A stretch of 41,983 nt of DNA from Klebsormidium nitens (lineage: Eukaryota > Plantae > Klebsormidiophyceae): NCBI GenBank assembly GCA_000708835.1, contig DF237654.1, positions 1 to 41,983 on the forward strand. Reading direction: 5' to 3'. Numbering within the stretch: position 1 is the stretch's first letter; each line of letters opens with the position of its first letter. Shown in pieces: positions 1 through 11,400 of the stretch. A program made the translations under genes and the position numbers. Below the pieces are notes generated by a model. The model made no database searches and was not told the origin of the DNA. It saw only the letters and a program-made list of their open reading frames with translations.

Positions 1-44
1 GTGAAGTAGACAGGCAGCGTGTAAACCCTGTCCAACCGTCACAG

Positions 45-3000
45 TACAAGGAAAAGGTGGAGGCGGCGGTGGCGGCAGTGTTCAACTATCTCACGGTGCT
101 CAACACTCCCGACCGCAGGTCTGTACTTTTCCCCCTGACTCCACCTTTCATGCCCGTGAATGAAAAATTATAGACCTATGGTATTCTCTCCCTCTTATTA
201 CAGTTGATAAATTGCTTTTGACCCTCGCCGCCTTGCAAAAGACATCTTTCCCTTGGCTGCCACTAGGTCAGGACATATGGTGACAAGAAAAGCGTTTGAT
301 ATGGTGCTTCTTCCCGCCCCTACTCAAACACTTTGGTTCTCAACATCCTCAGTTGCTTCTTCTTAAACTTCGTTCGAGTTCAGAGCTGCGGTGTCCTTCT
401 CGATTGCTCGTCTCGGATTCCTTCGTCTTCCGGTGTAACTACCATTAGTCCTAAAGTGTCTGACTTCTGCCGGATTGTTGGATGGGCCCAATATATATTC
501 TTTTACTTTACGTCCCCTTGTATCCTTATCACCTTTATGATGAGGTCATGCAACATGTCACGCTTAGGTATACACACCCACAAAACGAATTCGTCATATT
601 CGTCATCCAGCTTCGCTCGACTTTTGTACCTCCTTCCTAATACGGAACATCGAAAGGCCTGGTCAATAGTGACTCTTCGTGACGTAATGCCTTCCCTTCA
701 GTCAATCACGCCCCACGTGCCCTCGAGAGCTCAAAGGCGACTTGCCCCTTGCCCCAACAACCCCTTTCTAACTACGGCACATTCTCATGGCAAGCTTCAC
801 CTACTGAAAATTCCTCCATAGCAGCCCTCTCGCTAGGCTCAACATTTCTTGCCAGCCTCAGTTGCTACCTAACCAGCTCTGCCACCGGCAAAGTGGCACA
901 AAACCGAACGCTAACTGGGTTTGTCATTTTCTCCCTTTCAGCAACCCTCTCGTCACGCTCGATGTCTCCTGCGAGCGCGACCAGCTGGCCGACGGTCCGT
1001 ACCTCCTGACCGGCAAGTTCATCTTCACCTCCGAACCCGACCTCCCGGTGCCTGCGCGGCGCTGCACGTTCCTGCCGGGGAAGCCCATCCTAGTTGTTGT
1101 GGGCGACGTTTTGTGCACGCCCCTATGCTCCGTGGACGCCGAAAGGTGTGACTGCTGCGACGGGTCCGGGGCGACCACGGACAATACGACGGACGTGTGT
1201 CCGTTTGTGAACTCCGGAACGGATTGCTCCAATTGCTTGGACGTGGTGAGCGACAGTAAATTATTCCGTAAGATTGCCAGGTTCAAGCTCCTTTGCTGAG
1301 ACATGGAGTGGTGTTTTCCTGGTTGGTAGTTTCCAAGGCCGTTTTGGGCCTCCGGCCGCATCTGAACTGAAGACGTTTCGGGCATGACCTTATCAAGATT
1401 CCAGGTCTTGTCGATTTGTCCAAGTGGAAATAAGAAGCACGCGCGGTGCAGTCTTTCGAGCGGAGTGATAACGCAGGATGCAAGTCATGGCGGATGATTG
1501 TGATCAAGTGTTGCAGAAGGATAACGCCTCGAGGAAGAGGTAAAGTGAGAACGATTCTAATGCCTGTGCATTACCGGAACGGGTCTCCCACTTGTTCCTT
1601 TCTTGTGAGGGAGGCAAAGGTTCAGTCCCAGGCTTGCTGGAAGTCAGACGTAAAATGTAGACGAAGACCCTGGGGTATCGTGTCGGCTCATCCAGATACC
1701 AGATTGAAATCTCAAAGTGTCTAGCGAGCAGCAGTTCTCGACTTTGGGCTGAGACCAAATTGAATTGCTGTTTGAAAAGCAACATCGAGAGACGGTCTTA
1801 TTTATGGATCCGAAGACATTACCGGTTGCAGTGGATAATAATGACGACGACACAAGGAAATTATAACGCATGGAACAGTACGAAAACACAGGAAAAATCA
1901 CGAGAGATGAAACCACAACACTTGCGGCATCCAAGCACTAATGTACGTTTGCTCGAGTAACGATCTTACAAGCCCTCGTTTGTGCAAGTTCGTCCCCCCT
2001 TTGCCGACATCTGTCAAGTTTTGTGTTCATGCCCATCGATCTGATCCCCTGACTTGGATCTTAGAATGTAATGTTATCTCTTCAGGTCAACCTGGGCTAT
2101 TTGGACGTTTTGGACGACCCAAGCTCTACGGTCACTCTGACGGACCTTTCAACCGGGGTCGTCACCGTGATCGAGTATGCGTTTGTCGCTGTCGAAGGCC
2201 CCTACGCTCCGCTACCCCCCAAGAGGTGAGAACCGTGCCAGGTGTGAACCGTGCCAAGTGTCCTCGCTTTAATGTTCGAAATTTACTTGGTCCGTCTGCC
2301 ACGTAAACATCAGGAATCTGACTCCTTGTTTTTCTGTGGTCCATCGAGTTGTCCTCTTCTCTTTCAGACAGCTTTGAATGACAATAACCGCAATACAAAC
2401 GAGTCTGGGCTTCTCTTCAAAGTACTTCCTTCAAAGTGAGGGGCGATTGGAATGCGCATTGAAGTCGCTCGAGTGTTTCATAAACACTTGGCTGCATCCA
2501 AACGTCTGTAAAATATCCTAAATCTACCTTCCTCATGCCGTTAAAAGGGTAACTACCTTCTTAAGAACCATCGATCCTTACCGAGATCCCACGTCCACTT
2601 GGCTGCATCCGGCCTTCTATAAAAACTCTTCATCCTACTTGTTCCAATGCCGTTAGAGAAATAGTCACCTTTCCAAGAACCGTCTATCCGTACTGAGATG
2701 CCACCGAACAAACCGTCCTTCCTTCCTCGAGTCAGCTACTTCAAGACGCTCAACACGCCCTTCAGCTACGGCCCCGACACCGTTTCCACCGGTCCCCGAC
2801 TGCACGTCGGCCAATTCGCCCTCATCGAGCCGACCCTTCTTCGACCGGGGCGCTCCTAACGGGTGGCCATAACGTTCGCCCTCTACAACAACGGCAACCC
2901 CGTGGCTTATGACGTCACCATCGCGGGCGCTGCGGAGCCGTGTGACGTCAGCGGCGCCGCGCCCAACGCGTGCTTCAACGGCGACGGGTCCGCCTCAGTG

Positions 3001-4214
3001 TGCTGCCCCGGCCAGGTAAGGTTTAACTGCCTCAATTTTCAAGCGGCCGCGAGTTCGACGCCCGGGAAATAAGTTCGGGAGCACTCTGCCCAGACACCAG
3101 ATAGAACTGGAGCTCTCGCTTATCTCCGCTGTTACTGTCGGCTTGAAATATACCAGGTCCGCCCAGAGCCCGTCTCTCGTTTGCAGGTGCTCATGCGCCG
3201 TTGCGATTGATTCCGAGTGTCCTGCATCAAGAACACACGCAGCCAATCGATACGTGTTTTACAGATGCCTGATTTGCGTCAAGCAGGGAAAGAGATATTC
3301 GGACACACGTAGTCATTTCAGAATTTTTCAAAGGACGTCCGCTCTGATCCCTTCTCTTCAGCGGCTAAACGGAAAAGGGCCGTTGCTGTTGCACCTTGAA
3401 CAGAACTGAGATCCACGTTAAGAATGTCCATGCGCCGGCGCCTTTCCACGTAAAAGTATCTTCTAGACGGCTTACATCTCTTCTACACTAGACGGTTTCC
3501 GACCAGCTGTCAGCTTTGTTGGGGGTCAGGAGGAGCTTGGAAAGTTTACTTTAAGGTAAGAAGCATCACCAATTACTCCGTTCGTCGAACTTGGAGTAGA
3601 CATGGGAAATCGGGGGAATTTATTGAGTGCGCTTCTTTGATCAGACGTACTCGGGTACAGAGTTTTTAAAGTGCGCGTTGCTGGCTCGGAAGCCCGTATC
3701 TTTCAATCTCGTGCGTCACTTGGTTCTCTGACACCCTTCTGAGATTCACTACCGCCTTCAGACCGCCCAAAATCCAGCTGAGTTTGCCAATCTCGTAAGA
3801 GAGCCGAATCAAGCGGGAACTGAACCTGCCTCAATTGACATCGTACGAAGCTCGAGAAGCAGTTGCAACTACTCGTCAAGAGGGACTCCCGCTTCACTGC
3901 TTGTCAGCATATAATCGATCAGAAACATTTGCCGCAAGGCAGGTATTATACAGTAAACAATAACCCTTCAAGAATAATGCCGCAGTCAACACTGAATAGA
4001 TTCTCCAAATCTGCAGTGCCGCAGCCCCCCTCTTGCCAACAACCTGCCCGCGTGCGCCGAGGCAGACTCTGTGCCCGGGACGCCTACCCCGGGCGCTTCA
4101 GCCACGTGCGATCCCTCCTCCCCGCTGCCCAACCAGTGCTTCAACGCAGACGGGTCGTCCTTCGTCTGCTGTCCCGGGGGATGCGGCCCGGGCCCCAGTG
4201 CAGTGTGCGCCTAA
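45..4214 (+). CDS. 5'-truncated spliced gene for a Cys-rich, probably secreted protein of unknown function; interrupted by one in-frame TAA (possible pseudogene)
   Basis: Exons 45-118, 942-1245, 2086-2225, 2736-3015 and 4017-4214 have GT/AG boundaries and matching phases (2,0,2,0). They join into YKEKVEAAVAAVFNYL...SNPLVTLDVSCERDQ...CTFLPGKPILVVV...VCCPGGCGPGPSAVCA*. In-frame TAA at 2857-2859 in exon 4. The start lies upstream of the window. Confidence 0.75.
2485..2706. repeat. Intronic tandem duplication, 2 x ~111 bp, just upstream of a splice acceptor
   Basis: CACTTGGCTGCATCC at 2485 and 2596, each followed by recognisably similar sequence (ATGCCGTTA..., AAGAACC..., GAGAT.CCAC). The acceptor is at 2734-2735. 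Confidence 0.75.
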
Positions 4215-6235
4215 GCCGGCGTCGCAACCTGCGTGCGGGGGACCGGCATAGGGCCTTTTTGCAGTCAAAAGTGAAAGCTTGACTTCTGGTTAAGGCTGGC
4301 TTGGTTGGGACGTCAACGAACCTGTCAAATGTCGCTTAAGAGGTGTTTTGCCAAAGGTCTGGTTGACGGTCAACCAAGGGGCATGAGGACTAAGGAGCGT
4401 CTGTGTCTCATCAAGTGTTCGAAGCTTCATACGTCAGATTGAGACGTGGATAAGCGAGGTCTGGGCAGGTGATCTCTACCGCGCTCCAACTCATGCTTAG
4501 TTGTTTGATGAGGTTTATTAGGGCTTTAGAATTTTGAGTTGCTCGAAAAATGCCAGCGTTTAACCTCCTCCGTTGACCGCATGGCAAGCCTATCATGTAG
4601 CCTGTATGTACGTAGCTGGGTCGCTTTGCTAGACTATCAGATCGGGGTCCAGGGAAACCAAGTCCACTTCGGAACTGCATCACCTTATAAACTGACCAGC
4701 TCCGTTTCGTTTCGTTCAAGCCGCAAAGGAACGGACTTGGGGTACAACCGAGGACATTTGAAGCTGGCCCCTGATGTCAAAGTTTGGAGAGACGTGATAG
4801 CCGTGTTTGTCTGTTAGCTGCTGTAGGTGAACTTCATGTAGTTTAGTGACAAGCAACAAACACTCGATGGGTTCTGTTCTTATCTTTAGAGCGTCAACGT
4901 CCAAACTCGAGAGGTTCGTATACTTCATACGATCGCGCCCCTACTTATCAGCAATGACGGACGCGTCCAATGTGTCACGTTCAGTGTCATGACACAGCCA
5001 ACCCACTACATCATGCTTCAGTCATGGGTCAGGTTAAGTTCATGCATTCAATACTATGCTGAAGAAGACCAGATCCGTACAATACATTTGGAGATCTTTT
5101 TCGCACTTGAGAGCGTCTCTGAGGTTGTTGCCTGGTTGCATGCCATAATTAACTGTGCATTGTTAAACGTACGATACATTACTCAGCCCTTCAGTCTGCG
5201 CAGCTGTGGAGTCGGCTCGCCAGCAAGGGCGCCTCTACAACGTCTTGAAAGATGAGGGGCATGAGTGCGACTGTTTATAGCCTGGAGTTGAATGAAAGCC
5301 TTTACAGGAGCTGTCATGACTCCTCAAGACGATTGAGAGCCTACGTATCTAGCGGGCCAAGCGATCAGCGATGCGAGAAGAAATGGTGTTTGTAAGCATC
5401 ATTATTCCGTTCGCATCAGCCAATAGCGGCAAGATTCGTGAAACTGCCTTGAACGTATCCATTCGATGAAGGGCGCCAGTATGTATATAATCCAGATTCT
5501 TCTCAAGATCCACAAACCAATGGCTCGCAGCTGTACGTCCGACGAATTGGGATACTAGGAATGATTGTGTCAAACTTCTTTTGCGATCACCTTGGATTTT
5601 CGAAAAGAAGGAAAGCTGCACGGGGAGTCATTTATGGTGAGTGGGGGTGTTATTGCATTAAGCACCTTTACGGCGATGTTATTGGAGTCTTCATCCACAT
5701 GAGCTCGGAACATGTCCATTGTACCACCATAAGCATTGCTGGCCGGCAGGATCGAGCTCACCTCAGTGACCTCATTGGCCAGCGACAGTAGGTATTCTGG
5801 AGTTGTGTGTGCGACGTGCGTAGTTGTACGTACCGGTATACCGTAGTAGGTAGCCTAGAACAGTACTTAAAAAGTTCAATTACAACTGCAGAATCGTAGA
5901 ACAGTACGTAGATCGTTCAGCTGCACGGTACGCGTGTACCGTCCGATTTGTCCTCGTTGTTCATCGGACGGTGCGATCGGATGCTGGCGCTCGCGCGCGT
6001 ACCTATTTCCAATCCACGACTTGAAGTCGAAGTCGATTCGGATACACTTCATTTCACTGCTTGGCGTTTCAAAACGCTCATTCATAGGAGTGCCGCCGGC
6101 GCTGGCTAGCAACTGCTGAGCAATGGCGGCCTCAGCATATCTAGCTTGTTATATCGATGGCAACAGCTTCAAGATCTTGAGATTCAGCCGGGATGTAATG
6201 AAGCAAGAAATAAAGTGTCATTCTTATCTGACAAC

Positions 6236-7206
6236 CACTGTGAGAAAGCTAAAACCCGGAAAATAGCCGGGATGTCACCGGAACCGCGTACGGATACCGG
6301 AATTGAGCCGAAAAAGAAAATTCCGAACCCGGAAAATTTCAACATCGTCGTCAAAAGTTCCGACCGAAATCTGGACCGTAAAAGTGCCCGGAAAACACCC
6401 GGAAAACCTCCGGTGAAGGGCGGTCCCTGGCAGAGGCCGGAAAGTGGCCGGAAAATCGGCGAGAAACGGGGGCTAGGCTTCAGTGCGACGACCCTAGGGC
6501 ATTTTAACTTCACTTTTGGGCCAAATCTTCAATAAGTAGTCATACTACTAGGCTGGCGCAGGGGCTTATTGACTCAGTGCCGGGCAACAGAGATAAGAAA
6601 TTGGTTTCTGAAAGCCTACGGAAAATACAAGATAAACTCATGATAAGCGGTGAAATATTAAAATCTGCTTTGGAGCAAGAGCTATAGCCAGGGAGGCTTC
6701 CCCTAAAACTTCAACCTCAGAGCCTAGCCTGTGATAGCCTGAGGCTACCTACTACCTAGTAGGTACCGTCTGGATGGCGCTGATTTTGATGAAGTCCTCA
6801 GCTAACCCGGTAGAATCTGTGTCCAGTCTGTGAGTACCTATAATTGATGAAGGGTAAGAAAGTGACCGGTTGACAAGGAGTTGCTACATAGTAATTTTAG
6901 TAACGTGCGGCGGTAAGAAATCAAGCTTGGTCTAGTGGTTATGGCGTGTGCTTCTGATTTGTGATGTATTGCTGACGTGTGCTGCGAGTCTGATTGATCG
7001 CGTGCTCGATCCCGCGGACAAACGTCAAAGGGTACTGAACCGGGATCGATTATTTTTCATTTTCCGCGCACCCGGAATGACCCCGGATTTTCCATTTTCT
7101 GCATGTTTCCGGTACTGCTAAATTCGATACCGGAAAACCCCCGGAAAGTCGGGGGAAATTCGATCGAAATTCCGGGGGTTTTCCGGGTTTTAACTTCGTC
7201 ACAGTG
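6236..7206. mobile_element. Non-autonomous CACTA/En-Spm (CACTG-type) DNA transposon, 971 bp
   Basis: Left end CACTGTGAGAAAGCTAAAACCCGGAAAA; right end (reverse complement) CACTGTGACGAAGTTAAAACCCGGAAAA, 25/28 identical. Flanked by a 3-bp direct repeat AAC (6233-6235 and 7207-7209). Many CCGG(AAA) subterminal repeats at both ends; no transposase ORF inside. Confidence 0.85.
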
Positions 7207-8460
7207 AACTGACCGCAATGTGTGGGATGACAACCAAGTCAACTCTCTGACGATTGCTCTCTGGCGAAAGCGCCTGCAACATAAGGTATATAAAGCTTAG
7301 ATAACAGATTACCTATATCAGTAACGGTAGGTAGTACCTCTTGGCAACTGGTGCATGGCAGCTAGCTAGCTGCATGCTTAAACGGTACTTTTAAGGATTA
7401 TACGTACTTTTTGACAATGATAATTGAGCACAAGTCAGGGATGCTACTTGGATACACAATGAAATCATACAGCCCAGGGCTGGGATGAACGGGGAAAGCT
7501 GCCAGCGAATAGGCTCTCAGCATGTGTGGAGCTCCCCCTGACTCAGGAGGGTTCCTGCTGAGCTGGGCCGATGGGGCGTAGGGTGGATAGGCTAGAGGTG
7601 AGGACTAGAGAGCTGCAACTCTGAGCTCTTTTCCTTCCTGCTTTGCTTTGCTTGAAAGCTTTTGGCATCTACTCGCGCTCATCCTTCTGGTTATAAAGTG
7701 GGAATTGAAACTGATTCTAGGGCAATCAGTTAGAGAGGTGCCACAGGCCTCGGGGCTTTATCAATGACAGGCTCAGAGCTGTTGCAGCTAATCTTGACAT
7801 GAAAGCTCTTTAGATCGGGATGTTTGGTGATTAAAGCACTTTCGGCATCACTGCGTTCCCACAAACAACCGATGAGGGCAAGTCAGCAGAGTGGTGCAGC
7901 CGTGGGGTGTCCTAAGTTTTTGGTAGAAGGTCAGACTGCAGTCTTGTGTGGCACACCGAGAAAGCCTTCTTGACAACCCTGGCAGGCGCACCACCATTCT
8001 GAGGTTTTGAGCTGGTTGCTTTGCAACATTGTTACAACCGACCTTCTGCCTTTTTGCCTGCTTGCATCACACCACAAGCTGCTAAGAAAGGGCGGCTGCT
8101 AAGAAAGCGCGGAAGCTTAGGGAATGCTACAAAATTCTTGACTTGCTGTGGGAAACACGATTGATACTTGCTGTTGATGAGGCTGCCCAACCCCCATCTG
8201 CTGGTTGGATAAGTGACTGGCAGCCGCCTACAGTAAAACTGCTCCTAACCACCACACTAAATTACCACCGCATCGGGACTACCTACAAGAGCTGATAATG
8301 TTCCAAAAGCAGTGGTAGGCAGACCGTTCGACGAGCAATCAGAAACACACCTATCGAGTTGCACGCATGAACCCCGAGCTGAGCTCAACTCACTCCGACA
8401 GAACCAATTGTGCAGCTCACCGCTAATAGTACACCTCTTTCATCTACAGCGCATCTCGCA

Positions 8461-11400
8461 ATGAAGGTTCAATCCGAAAATGGTCATTATAAGTGTCAGA
8501 ATACCAGCCTGGGACAGGTAGCGTTATTTGGGGGCTTTAGGGTGGTTACGGATGCGGAGCTGGTGAATTTCATACTTATCAAGTTCTGGTCATGTGAGGA
8601 GCTTCATGCTTCTAGAGCTTACGGTTCCAAGATTGAAGAGTCATCTTCTTGCTCATCCATCAGGTGACGTCAGCGTCGCCTACCATGACGTTTGAGAGCC
8701 TGCCCAAGGTGCGCGCCGCAACCAGCCTCGGCTTCGCGCGCGGCCTCCCCTCCCCGGTCCCAGGGGCTGGTCCCAAAACACGACGCGACGGGGAGTTGCT
8801 GTTTGAAGCTCTCACCGGAGTTTCCCCGGAGGAGATTCGGTGCGACTCTCCGGACCTGTTTCTGGGCTCACGGCATCACACCGGGGGGCGGGACTTGCAC
8901 ACGCTGAAGCACCCCCGCGAGGCGTTTTCGAGCGGGGAGGGGAAGGGAAGGGGGAACGTTTGCAGGAGTCCGGTTTCAAGTCCGGAGCCGCTACAGACGG
9001 GCGAATCAGAAAACTGGAGCGTTCTCTCAGACGGGCGGGATGGGAAGCGGGGGACCGCGGCGTCGCCCCCGCCGACCGGGGGGGAACGGGAAGCAGCGCA
9101 AACGCCCCTCGCCGCGGAGAAAGCGAGAGTGAACACTGCGGAGTCCGCTGACGTCATCCGCAAGGGGAGTGACGTCAGCAGGAAGCGGCCGAGCGGGAGC
9201 CCCCCGGCTGCGAGAAACAAGAGGAGCAGCGGGCGCACGCGTATCCGAGCGGCGGATGCAGGGGTGCAGACCGAGGCGTCGGAGACGGAGGAGGAGTCGG
9301 ACGACGGTTTTGTGTTTGGGTCGTATGAGTCGTTCTTCTATCAGGTTAGTGCGGCTCTGGATAATATTGACCACAAGTCTGCAGTTCAGCATCGTTGACG
9401 AGCGATGGAAGGAGTGTGCGGCACAGAAAATGCACTCCTCTTCTGACGTTTGGGGCGAGTGTGGCTTCTGAGAGTGTCGGAAACGAGGAGGAGGCCACCT
9501 CTGGGTTTTGTATGATTTCCGGAGACTCTGTGCTTGGGGGGGGGGATCTCTGGGTGCTTGTGGAGGAACGGGCTTAGGAGTCGTTCGTCCGTCAGGTGAA
9601 GGGAGGTTGCGGCTTAGGGCAAGAGCAAATGAGGCAAAGAAAGGTCGATTGTTGAGCAACTGTATGTATGTCAAGGCAATGGCCTCCTTGTTTGAATTAG
9701 TCAGGGATCGTTGGTCTATCAACTGCGGTCAAAGAGGAGGATCCATCGATGCAGAAGTCACTCAAAAAGCTCTATCGTTTCACACTTCGTCGCAGTCAGG
9801 GATTGTCAGTCCACCGGTCTGTGTTTGAGAGGCTGTACCCAGCAATATCGTTCTGCAAACTACGCAATAAACCATGTAAAGCGTGGACTCTGTGCACCAC
9901 GCTTACCACCAACATGTAAAGGATTGTCCCTAACCCGCGGAGGTTTTTTTGAGCAACACTTTGCTCAGATCGATGAGCACCTGTTCACGAATGTGGCCTT
10001 CGTCTGCAGTAGATCTCTGGACGTGTTTTGGTCTTTTAAATGCACCTGCTTGTACTACATGCCCTTGCTTTGCGCCATCTTTGTTCCGTTTCAGTTCTTC
10101 ATGCCCTCCGGTCCAGATCCTTCCTGCAGGACGCCGAGATCGGACGGAAGCGTTTCAAGGCCAAAGAAGGACGTTGAAAATGCGGACCAGCGTCCGGAGA
10201 TGACCTTCTCTGCTGGGTTCCGTTCCTCCGACAAAAGCTTCCGCTCCGGATTCCGCCCTGCAGGACGCCGAGATCGGACGGAAGCGTTCCAAGGCCGAGA
10301 AGGACGCCGAATAGGCGGACCAGCGTCCGGAGATGACCTTCTCTGCTGGGTTCCGTTCTTCCGACTAAAGCTTTCGCTCCGGATTCGGCCCTGCAGGATG
10401 CCGAGATCGGGCGCAAGCGCTCCAAGGGCAAGAAAGACACCGAAAAGGCGGACCAGCGTCCGGAGATGACCTTCTCGAAATACGCTCTGCTGGGTTCCGT
10501 TCTTCCAACTAACATTTCCCCTCCGGATTCCGCCCTGCAGGACGCCGAGATCGGGCGCAAGCGCTCCAAGGGTAAGAAAGACGCCGAAAAGCCGGACCAG
10601 CGTCCGGAGATGACCTTCTCGGAATACGCCCTGCTGATGCAAGACTCGATGTCGCGCCTGGGGCTGTATGCGGATATGCTCGTGGAGGGGGTAACGGGAC
10701 AGCGGGAAGAAGCACCCCCCGCCGGCGGCCAAAACCGGCGGGTGACGTTCGAGCCGGAGGGCGAGGCCGTGCAGGGGGGGGCCAGCAAGCTGATCAAGCA
10801 CGCGCGGAAGCTGGTGGGTTAGCGTAACCAAGATCGAAGACGATTTCCGTTTTTTGATCTTGTTGCATATAATTAAGGATTTGAGGGCCTTGATGCTGGG
10901 AGGCGAAGTGCATTTTTGTAAAGGGCTTCTGTTGGAGAGGTTGAATTGTGGAGCTGTTGGCCGAGCCGCACGTACTCCGTAGCGCCTACATTGCTCGTAC
11001 TGTAAACGCCAGATCCACCCTAACCCCTAAAGCCCGAACCCTAAAATCCCACAACGCGAAAACCCCACTCTGCGCTTGCAGGCGGGCAGCCTGCACGTGG
11101 ACCGGCAGACCGTTGGTCTGCGCAGCGTGCGCGACTGGCTCATGAAGCTCGGTGAGCCGCTGCTTAACGTAACAAGGCTTCGTTTCTACAGCTGTTTGAG
11201 TCAAACTTGCCATCGGGTTCCAATTACCCCAAGCATGGTTCCTGATCTTGAGCCGTTCGATGCCTTCGTCGTCGTCGATCGGATGGTCGAAGATCAGGAC
11301 CTATGCGGAGCATCTGAAAGCCACTGGCAGCTTTGACGCAACTAGCTGTATGTTACAGCTGTTCGCATCAAACTTGTGACTCCCCTTCTCCAATGTCAAC

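Noticed and set aside
2857-2859. Reassignment of TAA/TAG to Gln (as in some ulvophyte algae) to explain the internal stop
   Set aside because: BAF60 ends in TAA at its conserved C-terminus, the other complete genes end in TAA or TAG, and no other exon contains in-frame TAA/TAG.
5349-5790. Minus-strand fragments with kinase-like words (IAVKVL, LDYIH..LHR)
   Set aside because: They lie in different frames with stops, the spacing is too short for a kinase domain, and no Gly-loop, HRD or DFG motif is present. At best an unidentifiable relic.
10121-10630. Regularly spaced repeats as a CRISPR-like array
   Set aside because: Units are 133-144 bp of contiguous duplicated sequence without unique spacers, the context is a eukaryotic intron, and no cas genes are present.
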